Part shown: positions 12,401-24,285 of the stretch, piece after piece
Numbering within the stretch: position 1 is the stretch's first letter
Layout of the letters: every line of letters begins with the position of its first letter
From: Camelus dromedarius
Taxonomy: Eukaryota
DNA: 64,000 bases
Assembly: GCF_036321535.1 (NCBI RefSeq)
Contig: NC_087437.1
Span: forward strand, 64,854,001-64,918,000
Direction: 5' to 3'
The notes under the pieces: generated by a model
The model's input: the letters and a program-made list of their open reading frames with translations, nothing else
Told to the model about the DNA's origin: nothing
Databases searched by the model: none
Made by a program: the position numbers and the translations under genes

Positions 12401-13289
12401 AACTATGCCTAATGACCACTTGTAACCTTTCTTGCAGTTCTTTCCCCAGACTTGAAACACAGAAGGTCTAGTAAATTTAATATACAAAGAGGGGATGTTT
12501 ACACCAGAGGGCATGTTAATGTTTCATTCAATCTTTAAACAAACAAATAGTTTTGAGGTGCCTCTTAGGTGCCTGGGACCCACTGGTGAGAAATTAGATG
12601 CATCCCTGCCCTTTCAGAGCCTGGACAGTTTTCTTCTGTCCAGAATTTCCCTGGCTATTCTCACATGTCATTTATATGTATGTATGTATGTATTTATTTT
12701 TGAGATATAACTGACATATGACATTGTAGTATTTGTAGGTGTACAACATGATTTGATATAGTATATATTATGAAATGATAGGTTAACATCCATCACCACA
12801 CGATAGTTACAATTTTTTTCCTGTGATGAGAACTTTCAAGATGTACTCTCTTAGCAACATTCAAATATACAATTACATGCATTTATTTTATAACCAAAGT
12901 ATTTTCAAGGAATTTTTATACTAAGCTTTTGTTTAATGTACATAATGAGCACACATTACATAGTATAAAACATTACAAACTGAAAAGCAAGTATCCCTTC
13001 CTTAACTCCAGATTTCCCGGTTGTCCTCAGAAACAACCTCTCTTACCTGACATACATCTCATTACCAAGATACACATATAGATTCACAAAATACCACCTT
13101 TCTTACACAGTAGTTAGGAGAAGGGGAAGAGGAGAGGGTTTGGGATGAGTCAGAAGTTTTTAGCCAGGTGACTGGAGAGTGGGGTTACCTTGGAGATGTT
13201 AAGAGGAAGGATGTCCATAAGGAGGATAGAGGGAGTAATATCAGACTGTAAGTCCTGTTGAAATAGAAGAAGAAAATGTAGACTTTTAC

Positions 13290-14912
13290 ATCAAGTTAAT
13301 AGAAATTTATTGGTAACAGCTCTGTACAAAACATGTTAGGAAACAGCAAGATGCTTAGAGCCTAACAAAAGACAAGGGCAGGGCAGAGCACATGAACGGT
13401 AATATTACAAGTACAAGCATGGCCAGCACAGCCGTCTACAACCCTGTAGGGTCCTTTATGTTCAGTAAGAAGAACTGCTATTTCTGTAGCTTGGGCTTTC
13501 CAAAGTTCTCTTTAGGTTTGGACTGAGGCTGCTCTGTCCCTTGATGCTGCTTAAAGCCAGGGTCTCCTACCTCATTTCTACTGAGCTAGTATATTCCTCT
13601 CCTGCACCCAGTTTCCCTGCCAGTGAGGACATCACATAGACAGTCCTCAGACTCAAGTTTGCTGGCCCTCTTCTGGCAAATGTCCTAAGATCTCCTTAGG
13701 ACATCTGTGGGCTGAGCCAGCCTCTGGGTGATTTGCATCCTGGCTCTCCTAATTCCACTCCAGCTCCTTCTCTCTCAGCCATTTGTTGAAAGAGTCCTAA
13801 GCCTCCTTGCATTCATCCCATTATTAAGACGATAGCTCTCCCCTCCCCAGCTCTGCTTCCAGCCAGGTGAAACATCACAACAACTTGGCTACCATCAAAC
13901 CTCCTCACCAACCTCCAGGGAAACTGCTGTTGGCCTTATGTCCATTTGGACAGACTGTCCATCTGTTGCTTGTCCCAAGTCTTGTCAAAGGACTGAACAG
14001 ACGGAACATTCATGCGTATCTCTATTGGTCAAGATCTTTCATTGTTTTTCCCCTTTTGAGTATTGAGGTCTCTCTGTTGGCTCTTGCACAGTTGTCCCAG
14101 GCCAAGACATCAGTCATTTCATTCCGAGAAAGAAGCAGGGTTTATGATGCACAGCACTCTCGTGCTTTATCCAGTGCTCTTTGCTAAGGCTTAGCAGTAG
14201 CTTCCTGGGCAGGTGGATCCTCCTCACTATTAGCAATAGCCCAGATAGGAATGGTCTACAGAACTGGTTCCTTCTCCGTCTCTCCTAATTTCCCAGGTTT
14301 TGAGTTGGTTTGCTCGTTGTTGTTAGCACACTGGGCCCCCGCTTTCCTTACTACCCTCACAGAGGGACAAGAACTCCTTAGCAGAGGCTGGACTTTCCTG
14401 TTAAGCACATTATTACAGTACACATTTGTTTATATTTCAGAATATTAATATTAACACTCTGAGGCCATAAAACACGAAACTCCCACCCAGACTGAAGAGG
14501 TAGTTGTTCAGTCACAGGTATCCAAGATGGAATGAGGCACTGCCTGAGAATTTAGAGAAAAGCCACAATTCCAGGAATTGGGAGCTCTACACAAAACATA
14601 ATTTATACTATTAGGAAAGGAGACCAAATCTGAAACAGAAAGTGAGAATCTTACACATGATTCCTGAGCCAGGAATCATTTAGGTGGGCTTGGCCCATAA
14701 GTGTGCTCTGAAATGAAAGGAAACAGTTAAAATCTGCTCCTGGCATAGGCAGGGAGGCTGTTTCATTTAGAGGGAGTCCTGCAGCCCCTGCTATTATTAA
14801 TAGTAATATTTTCTTGCCTTCTGGGAAGGTTTAGAGAGACAAGAAAAAGGTCAGTCAAAACTTGAAAAGGAAAGTATATGAAAAACGGAGTCATATGGGC
14901 TTTACTCTTTAA
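13290..14912 (-). other. CD86: CD86 3'UTR (~1.6 kb, approximate 3' end)
   Basis: Runs from the TAA stop to just beyond the first clear AATAAA I found on the minus strand. The cleavage site is inferred. Confidence 0.7.
13306..13311 (-). terminator. CD86: Polyadenylation signal AATAAA of CD86
   Basis: Plus-strand TTTATT; T-rich downstream element on the minus strand (TTTTCTTCTTCTATTT, ~13275-13261). Confidence 0.7.
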
Positions 14913-15009
14913 TTAAAAATGTGTAGCATTTTTGTTGCCTGCGGCTGTCTTCGAAATGTTAACATCACCCTGGGCTTCATCAGATCTCTCAGGTTCGTGG
15001 AATTCTACT
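14913..15009 (-). CDS. CD86: CD86 last coding exon (distal cytoplasmic tail)
   Basis: Acceptor ctcctttttctatctttccag. 97 nt including the stop; encodes (R)VEFHEPERSDEAQGDVNISKTAAGNKNATHF*, with the CD86-typical PERSDEAQ. Confidence 0.95.
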
Positions 15010-15547
15010 CTGGAAAGATAGAAAAAGGAGTTTGGTCAGGTTTCACAGAAGAGCCACTTCCTCTTTTTAGATTTCAGTGATAGGGCAGAATATAGGGGGA
15101 CACTGCAATAGCGAACTACTGATGAGAGAACTGTCTTTGATTTTTGTCTGGGCCTGACTGATTCCCTGCTGCTCTTCCTTCCCCAGGCTCTTCCAGACCA
15201 TTTCTGAACTGGGTCTGATAGGACAGGCAAGATCTCTGCACCCAGGCTCACCATACAGGATTCTAAGACTCACAGCAGCTGGTGTATCCAGGTAAGTGCT
15301 GGGCACAGTGGGGGTTATGCACCCTGGGGTCATGACCATATCTCTGTGATGAGGCTTTTAACTTAGAGTTACTTTGAGCACATGACTAAATGACCAGAGC
15401 CTTGATATTCTTGAGAGCCCAGTTCCTCAGTTTCTTGGAGCAGGTGGATGTACAGACAATCTGACTGCATCATGTTGTGAAAGGAAAGATCACCAAGAAT
15501 CTTTGTGGAGTCCTTCATGCATACATTCAGTCTTTCAACAAATATTT

Positions 15548-15629
15548 AAAAATCAAGATATGGGAACAACCTAAGTGTTCACTGATGGATGAATGGATAA
15601 AGAAATTGTCTCTCTCTCTCTCTCTCACA

Positions 15630-15725
<96 letters not shown>

Positions 15726-15960
15726 ACTCAGCCATAAAAAGAATGAAATCTTGCCAACTGTGACAACAACATGGATGGATCTTGAGGGTATTATGCTAAA
15801 TGAAATAAGACAAAGATAAATGCTGTATTATTTCACTTATATGTGGAATCTAAGAATAGATAATAATTGTGAAAAATCAAACATAGATACAGAGAACAGA
15901 TTGATGGTTGCTAGAGGTGGAGAGGGTAGGGAGCTGGGAGAAATGGGTAAAACTTTTTTT
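15548..15960 (+). mobile_element. L1 3'-end fragment (L1MA/MB-like) carrying a compound microsatellite
   Basis: CAACCTAAGTGTTCACTGATGGATGAATGGATAAAGAAA...AATATTACTCAGCCATAAAAAGAATGAAATCTTGCC...CACTTATATGTGGAATCTAA. Confidence 0.85.
15609..15718. repeat. Compound microsatellite (TC)9 ACAC TC (AC)18 (AG)25
   Basis: Counted directly from the sequence. Confidence 0.95.
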
Positions 15961-17195
15961 TTTAAGTTTAAATAAACTGAATTTAAAAAACCTGAAAGCT
16001 TGAACTCTAAAATAAAAGAAAAAATGCATCTCACTGCATTTTGCTTTCCATAGCCCTCATATGTGAACAAAAGTTAATATAAAGAAAAGGATATACACAT
16101 TTCCCCCTATGCTGTATTTAGGGTTACTTAAGTGCTGTTGTTTGGATTTGACTAGGTAAAGGATCTAGAAAGAAAGCCAAATAAATGAAAAATAAATAAA
16201 AATCAAGCAACTTAAATTATTACTCAGCTGAAAGAAAATGTAAGAAAAACTAAAGCTCTGATGAATGTTTACTTTTCCACAAAACTTCTTTTCAACATGT
16301 TATATGGCTACCAAACCATTAGGATATAAATTCTATAAGTAAGTCTTATATAAATTCTTAAGTAAGTCTTATAATACTCAACCAGTATTCACCATGAAAA
16401 TTACAACTACTGAAAACTGTTAGTACTATTAAAAGGTTACTTTCTATAGATTCAAACACATGTGCTGCTGCAGTTTCACAAAAGAAAAAAAAATTATTGA
16501 GCACCTACTATATACCAGGCACTGTGCTAGGTGCTGGCAGCATAATGATGAGCTTAGCTGATATGTTCCCTGACCTCTATAGAGTTTGGTTTAGCTCAGC
16601 TTATAGAATTTAATAAGATAATTACACACATAGGTAACTATACCCTGGTGTTATGAAGAAAAAGCACGGGGATCCACATGACATTATAACAGGCTGACAT
16701 AATGTAGTTTGGGAAAGGTTTTTAAGAAAGTGCAGCTTGAGCCAAGATCTAAAGAATGAGGTAAAGAAGCAGCAGCAGAACAATCCAAGCAGAAGCAAAG
16801 ACACTGAGGCTACAGAGAACATACTATCACTCCTCACTTAATATTTATTCAGCCCACACATGTGGGACACCCACTGGTCAGGCACCGTGCTAGGTTTACT
16901 GTGGTGAATAAGATGCAGCCCATGCTCACCACATCAGACCCCTTTGGTATTAATTTTTTACTTGACCATACTGAGCTGGCCATGACCTGTGGGCATCATG
17001 CATTGGGCACAGTGCCATCCGTTTATAGCTAGGGTATTTTCCTCCAGGTCCTAACTAGTCTCACTTACCTTTTCCTCTCCATTTAGTTAATGTATGCTAA
17101 GGTCCCAGCATGCTTCAGACTTAAGCCTATTTTTAAAGTCATGGACTCTCTGGGGATTGTACCTCTTTCAACAATGTTGTAGAGTCAGGACTCAC

Positions 17196-17241
17196 CTTTT
17201 CTCAGTCTGTTCACTCTCTCTCTCCTCCACTCTGATGATTT
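17196..17241 (-). CDS. CD86: CD86 46-nt cytoplasmic exon
   Basis: Acceptor ttttgtctctttcag, donor gtgagt. Encodes (E)IIRVEERESEQTEK(R); phases fit both neighbouring exons. Confidence 0.93.
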
Positions 17242-17944
17242 CTGAAAGAGACAAAAGCAACCTGAGAAAATGTACTACCCATAGATACTAAAAGAGGGAG
17301 CGTCTAAAGAGGCCCCTAAGTCCTAGGACTCAGAGAAAAATCATTGTGGCCATATAGGTAGAGTAAACCGTTCTGTTGATACAGTTTCATGGGGACTGAG
17401 AAGGAGTTTCTCTCATCCAAAAAGTAAATGCCTTCCTTTACTCATTGTGCCTGAAGTTCTAATGTTGGGAATAGATTTTTCACTTAAGGCTCTATTCTTT
17501 GCTAAAATAAAAATACTACTGGAAGGTGTAACACATTTAATTTTAGCAATCACTTAGTGATGGGAAAAAAGTTTCCCATCCTTTTCTGAAAGTAAGGTTT
17601 AGAAGGGGGAGGAAAAGGAAATCTTGAAGATGTTGATACCTAAATGGGTTAGCCAGCTGGCACTACCAAATAATACACAATGTTACACAGACAGGCTCAA
17701 GTGGGAAATCTCTAGCAGCCTAGACCTCCAAGTGCCTGAGTTACTATTGGTGTGGACTTCCTACTAATGCAACTTGGGGTGTAAATTCCTCTAGGCTGAC
17801 TGTTGTCATGGTGCTACTGTCCCACTCAGAGCCTTACAGCATGGGTCGTTAACCTGGGTGTCCATGGAGGAATTTAGGGACCGCAGGAATCCTTTCAACA
17901 ACACCCCTGATGGTTTTGAACACTCCTTATTTTTGGCAGTTCTC

Positions 17945-18796
17945 TTTGTGTTTAAAAACAATCAGCTTTATTGAAGTATAATACAGTAAAGTCCAATTAT
18001 TTTTCCATGTACATTTTGATGAGTTTAACAAATGTATGCAGTCATGAAAGTACCTCCATAACCAAGAATATAGAACATTTATATAAGCCCAGAGTTCCTT
18101 CCAGCCCCTTTTCAATCATTTCCTTTCCCCTCCCACTCCATCCCCTGTAACCACTGATCTGGTTAATGTCACAATAGTTTAGCTTTTTCTAGGATTTCAT
18201 ATAAATAGAATCATACAATGTGTAGTCTTTTTGTGCCTGGTGTCTTTGACTTAGCATAGTGCTTTTGAAATTCATCCATGTTGTTTCATGTTACCAGTAG
18301 TCCATTCTTTTCTGTAGCTTAGCAGTATTTCATTGTATGAATATACCACCACTTGTTTATCCATTCACCAACTGATGAAAATTCAGGATGCCCGGTTTTC
18401 AGTATCAGGAAGAAAGCTGCTATGGACGTTTGCATGTGTGTGTTTCTGTGTAGACATATGTCTTTCTTTTTCATGGCTAACTATCTAGGATTGCTGGGTT
18501 GTATAGCAGTGCAGTGAGAATTTCAAGTGCTTTACATCCTCCCCAACACTTCATATTTATCGATCCTTTTAATTGTAGCCATGTTAGTGGGTGGTGGTAT
18601 CTCATTATGGCTTCAATTTGTATTTCCCCAATGATAATGACGTTATAACTGTGTGACTGTGCTTATTGGCCATTTGTATATTTTATTATGTAAAGCGTCT
18701 GTTCAAGTCTTTTGCTCTCTGCCTTTTGTTATATGGTTTGTCTTCTTAATACTGAGTCTGATATATATACACATGTATCACATATATATACACATC

Positions 18797-18839
<43 letters not shown>

Positions 18840-20435
18840 TCTGGCTTTAAGTCCTTTATCAGATTTATATTTTACAAACATTTCCTCCCAGTTTGTAGTT
18901 TGACTTTTCATTTTCTTAACAAAGTCAAAAGGCAAAAATTTTTAATTTTGATGAAGTTCCATTTATCAATTTGATCTTTTTATAATATGGTTTGTCCTTA
19001 CTGTGTGTCCTGTCTAAGATTTACCTAATCTAGGCTCACAAAATTTTCTGTGTTTTCTTTCAAATGTCTTTTAATTTTAGCTCTTATATTTAGGTTTAAG
19101 ATCCATTCAAATTACTTTTTTGTCAGTCTAGGTTCATATTTTCCCACGTGAATATCCAATTGACCCAGTACCATTTGTTGAAAATATTACCTTTCTGCAT
19201 GGAATTACCTTGGCACTTTTGCCAAAATCAGTTGACAAAACCATGTGTCTGTTTTTTGACTCTCCATTTGGTTCCACTGCTTGATACGCCTTCCTTTTAC
19301 CACTGTCATACTGTGTTGATTACTGTCACTGTATAGTAAAATTTGAAATTAGGTAGTGTAAGTCCTGTGTCTTTGTTCTCATGTTTCAGAATTGTTTTGA
19401 CAATCGTAGGTCCTTTGCATTTCCACATAACTTTGAAAATCAGCTTTTTAATTTCCACTAAAAAGCCTGCCAGGATTTTAACTGATATTGTATTGAATCC
19501 ATAGATCGATTTGGGAGAATTGGTATCTTAATATCTAGTCTTCCGAACCCTGAACGTGGCATAATTCTCCACTTATTTAGGTCTACTTTAATTTCTGTCA
19601 GTACTAATTTTTTTTTTTTTTTAGTTTTCAGTATGCATACAGGTCTTGTACTTGTTTTTGAAAAACTTATTCCAAGGCCTTTAATATTATTTAATGATAC
19701 TGTAAATGGTATTAATGTTTTTCAGTGTCCAATTGTTGTTAGTATACAGAAATACAATTGATTTTGTTTATTGGCTTTGTATCCTGCTACACTCAATCAG
19801 TTCTAATAGCTTTTAATGGTTTCCTTAGGCTTTTCTACAAACGTGATCATGTTATCTGTTAAAAAAAAAAAAAAGACAGAAGTTTTACTTCTCTTTTCCA
19901 ATATGTGTGCCCTGTCTTTTTCTAGACTTGTGGCACTGGTTATGACATCCAGTACAATGCTGAACAAAAGCAGTGACAGTGATCTTAGACAAAAGCAATT
20001 ATTCCCGATCTTAGACAAAGGCAGTCTTTCATCATTAAATATGATGCTAACTGAAGGATTTGGGTAGATGTCCGTTGCCAGGTTGAGGAAGTTCCTTTGT
20101 ATTCCTACTTTTATGGGAGTTTATCTTTCTTGTTTAAAATTATGAATGGGTACTAATTTTGCCAAATGCTTTTTCTGTATCCATTGACATGTATTCTGTA
20201 TCCACATGCTTTTTCTTTTTTTAGTCTGTCAATGTGGTGAATTTTATTGCTTGATATTTGGATGTTGAAACAACCTTATATTCCTGGAATAAACCCCACT
20301 TAATCATGATGTATCATACTTTTAATATATTGCTAGATTTTAGTTACTAATTTTGTAAAGCATTTTGGCATCTATGTTCACAGGAAGAGATAGTAGTTTT
20401 CTTTTCTTATAATGTCTTTTTCTAGTTTTGGTGTT
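17945..20435 (-). mobile_element. Old L1 (L1MB-like) 3'UTR plus degenerate ORF2
   Basis: T-rich antisense L1 motifs (TTCATCCATGTTGT, CCATTTGTTGAAAA, TTGAGGAAGTTCC, TTCCTGGAATAAACCCCACT). ORF2 remnant KKMKSQTTNWEEMF. Confidence 0.85.
18807..18836. repeat. (TG)15 microsatellite
   Basis: Counted directly. Confidence 0.95.
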
Positions 20436-21834
20436 AGGGCTCCCCCTACCTTCAGAGCAGCCTAGAAACTGACTCCAGGCAGTAAGTTGTGGGCAATCAT
20501 AGGGCTCGCCTCATCTTTTCCCTTCTCTCAGGGACTCCAGTTTTCTGCAGCCTGTTGTCCAATGTCTGAAAACAGCTGTTACATGTATTTTGTCTGATTT
20601 TAGTTGTTTACGGCCAGAAGGCAATTCCTGTAGCCATTAATCCTTCCTGGGAGGAAGGAGAAGTCTATGTATTTTATGTAATTTTAAAAGAGCTTTAATT
20701 GTTAGAAAAACCCCTCTTATTTCCTTATACCTTCTTATAACCTTTATCTGTTGAGATGCCCTTTAGAGCCTCAGTTAAGTATGATCTTTGCAGCCTATGG
20801 CAGTTTTCAGATATTTCAAGGCAGCACTTGTGTCCTCCCCAAGGCTTTATTTCTGGCTAAGCATCCTCAGTTATTGAGCTATTCCTTGTTTGACTGAGAT
20901 TCCAGATGCTTTATAAATCCAGTTAGGTTCTATTTTTGTCAAAGTTCCTCTTAAAAATAATGGTGCTTATTGCCAAATACAGTATTTCAGATGTCTGTAT
21001 ACCAACAAGAAATAAGTATATTATCCTTTCATATCCATGACAAAATCATCAACATTTAAAAAAAAAAAAAACCTAAAACCAAAAAACCAAAACCTTCTAT
21101 TTTAAAATGAAAGCAGACAATAAAAAGGCAGATTCTAAACTTTTGGATTTGATTACAAATTTAGCATTTTGAAGGGTAGATATGATGGTATCATGCAGTT
21201 TCAGTTTTTAAGCCCTGTGAAATTTCCACTTAAATGGTGATTAAATATGATTTATTTTGGGAAAGACATTTGGCCTTTAAGAAATCATTCCTAAAAGAGC
21301 TGAGACTCTTCTAGACTTGGTGGAGGGAGGCAAGCTGTAAAAATTGTAGGTTGCTAAGGCACTGTTAGATACACATTTCAGCCACACAAGAACCAAATGA
21401 GGAAGTAAAACTTCAGGAGGAGCTATTTTAGTCTTTCTCCCCAATGGGTAAGCTGACAGGGTAACTTCTGATTGGGAAAAGACAGCAATTCAAGGTTACA
21501 GTTTCTCATGCCTTAACTGCTCTATTTGACAAAACAAAAAAGAGAAGAAAGATTAGAAACCAGCTAGAACAGCCATGGCATTTCCCTTTTATTCATTTAA
21601 CAACCTAAACAGGGTAAATATGTATGGTTGAGGCATAGAAAAACTATAATTACTGAACAAACACTGGAAAGGACTTTTGGCACAAAGTTAGTTGGAGGGC
21701 TGTCTCCTTTGAGAAAAGGATTAATGTTGGATTAGGAGGAAGCTCCATTGTTGAAGAAATGTCTACTCATCAGTAAGCTTTTGTCTCTGTGGATGGGTCA
21801 TGACTGCTCCCATATCTGTCTGTTGACAGTATTT

Positions 21835-22195
21835 AGTTTCTTGTGCACTGAGATCCCCATTTCCTTGCTAGCTCTCAGCTGAGGGTCATCCCCAGCTTCT
21901 AGAGACCACATACGTTCCTTTCTAATGGCCCCTCCCTCCATCTTCAAAGGCAGCAATGGTAGGTTGAGCTTGTCTCAAGCTTTGGATCTCTCCTTCTTCT
22001 ATTTCATCTTTCTAATCCAGGTGGGAAAGGTTCTCTGACTCACATGATTAGATTGGGTCTACCAAGATAATCTCCTCATCTTAAGGTCAGTACATTAATC
22101 ACATATGCAAATTCCCTTTTGCCATGTCAGATAACATGGTATAGATTCTGGGGTATAGGAGGTGGACATCTGGTTGGTGGCCTGTCATACAGCCA
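21835..22195 (-). mobile_element. MLT1C/D-like MaLR LTR
   Basis: CCCTCCATCTTCAAAG...GACTCACATGATTAGATTGGG...ATAATCTCCTCATCTTAAGGTC...GCAAATTCCCTTTTGCCATGT. Confidence 0.75.
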
Positions 22196-23299
22196 ATGCC
22201 AGGGGGTATCCACAAAGCAAGTGCAGCCATTGGTGAAGTTACAGAATCCAATTTTACAAACATCTCATATCTACATGGGTGGTTACTTGGTACATCTCCC
22301 TGCACCAATGAAATCAAGGCTGTTCCCTGACCAAACTCACTGGCACAGATGACTATCTATCTGACTGAACAACATTTTTGTACCAATATTTTTTAACACA
22401 CTCTTGGAGGGGGTCATATATGTACTCTGCTCTGTTGTTGTCTTCTGCCTTTTAACACTCATAGCTCAATTTGACCATCTCAAATGCAACTGATAGCTTC
22501 TTGAACACCCTTCCAACTCTCTCATGTGTATAGACACATCCTCTTTAACTCCCTTCTCTAGTCTCCTCAATTTTTCTGACTGCTTATTAGGGGAAGAAAC
22601 ATTCTTACTCACTTTTTCTCCATCCCTTTTCTTTGTTTTGTTTGTAAGCTAATCATTCCAACATGAAAGTAAATTTAGGAGATAGCTTATTTTCAAGTTG
22701 AAGGTTGCTTCTGCACATTTAGCTAATTCTAAATGGCAATGAGATTGAGAGAAAGAGAAGCTTAAAGCTCTCACCTTGAAAAGTCAAAGCCTGGACCAGC
22801 ATGATATATCTCACTATCTGACCCTGAGCTGTGAATTTTACACCTTTATATCATAGAAATCTCTCAGTATATCCTGTACTTTGGCGATTTGAATGGCTCT
22901 GCCATATGCTTTGTATTAGTGTATTGAAATTGGATTATTACTCCCAAATTTCCTGTTTTTAAAACACAGCAGGATGAAATGAATGACTACTAATGTCCTC
23001 CATCTATTTCTAGATGGATCTCAAAATCAGTACTGTGAAATCTTAAAATGCTGACCAGAAGCATTACTCATCTTGTACCTTTTTACGATAAATGAGTAAG
23101 AAGGTAACCTTAATTATTAGCACCAACCAAACTTTTAGTGGAGGCAGTTACTGAGATAAAGTCCAAACTAATCTTACAACTTCACCCAAACCAGCCCAAA
23201 CCACAAACAGGCATGGGATTATTATAAAGTCAGGGACTACTTTGCCCCTATCCCCATTAAACACAGGCCACTGTTACAACAGAAGTCAATGGAGAAGCT

Positions 23300-23665
23300 G
23301 CTTAATGTACTATTTACAACAGCAAAACTATGGGAACAACCAAAGGTATATCCATATAATGGAGTATCTCGCAGACATTTAAAATGATGCTGTAGAATAA
23401 TACTTAATGACACTGAAAATTTTCTTCCTACATTTAGTATAACAAAGTTAAGGAACAAATTATGAAAAATAGTGTTTATAATACTATCCCACTTATGGAA
23501 AAATAACATAGATTTATACATAAAAAAATCTGGGAGATGTACTCTAAAATGTTGTCTGTCTAACCATTTTTTCTTATTAGTAGAACTATAGGTGATTTTT
23601 ATTTTCAGTATATTTGGTAATGCATACATAATATTTGGTAATCCATAAGAGTTAATGTTATTTTT
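23300..23665 (+). mobile_element. Ancient L1ME-like 3' fragment
   Basis: TATTTACAACAGCAAAAC..GGAACAACC and AAAAATCTGGGAGATGTACTCTAAAATGTT motifs. Confidence 0.55.
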
Positions 23666-24132
23666 TTAAAGTCAGTGAGGAATAATTCATCTAACTTACT
23701 TCTTAGGAAACCTAGACTTTTAGAGATGAGAAGGCAGATCTTAAGGTCATCTAATCCTCCCCCACTCCCACCAAACATCCCTGCTTGACCACCGTCGGGT
23801 CCATAATCATGAACATTTGTAAGTGTCACCATTTTACTCCATTGAATTCTCACGGTCACTTCATGATGTGAAGTAGGTAAAGCATGGAATCATCAGCCTT
23901 GTCTGGAAACCAGGAGTACATTTGTAAACCTTAAGTTAGAAACATTGCCTTTCCTAGAAATCCAGAGCAACCTTATCAGCTGCTGAGTCCCACCTATATG
24001 AGGAAACCTTTTCTTCCAAACGCTTGCTGACTTTCTGCTAGCCTGGGCTCAGCCCACAAGCGAGCTCCCGACGACTGCTGATCAGGAAGGAGCTGCAAAG
24101 TGACAATCTGCAGAGGACAAGCACTGACTCAC

Positions 24133-24285
24133 CACATTCATTAGAGGGGCCAGGCTGCTTCTTCTTCCTTTTCCTTAGTGTTAGAAAGAACACCATCCCA
24201 CACACCACGACCAATGTAACAAGTAGAGCTGCAATCCAGACGATGTGGTCTGGGACATGGGGACGTGGCACAGGTGGCTTTGCAT
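24133..24285 (-). CDS. CD86: CD86 transmembrane exon
   Basis: Acceptor catttttag, donor gtgagt, 153 nt. Encodes (D)AKPPVPRPHVPDHIVWIAALLVTLVVVCGMVFFLTLRKRKKKQPGPSNEC: Pro-rich stalk, hydrophobic helix, polybasic stop-transfer. Confidence 0.96.

Noticed and set aside
20950..23200. AT-rich intronic stretch that may be a decayed DNA transposon around the MLT1 LTR
   Set aside because: I could not identify termini, a TSD or a transposase motif by eye; it needs a Dfam search.
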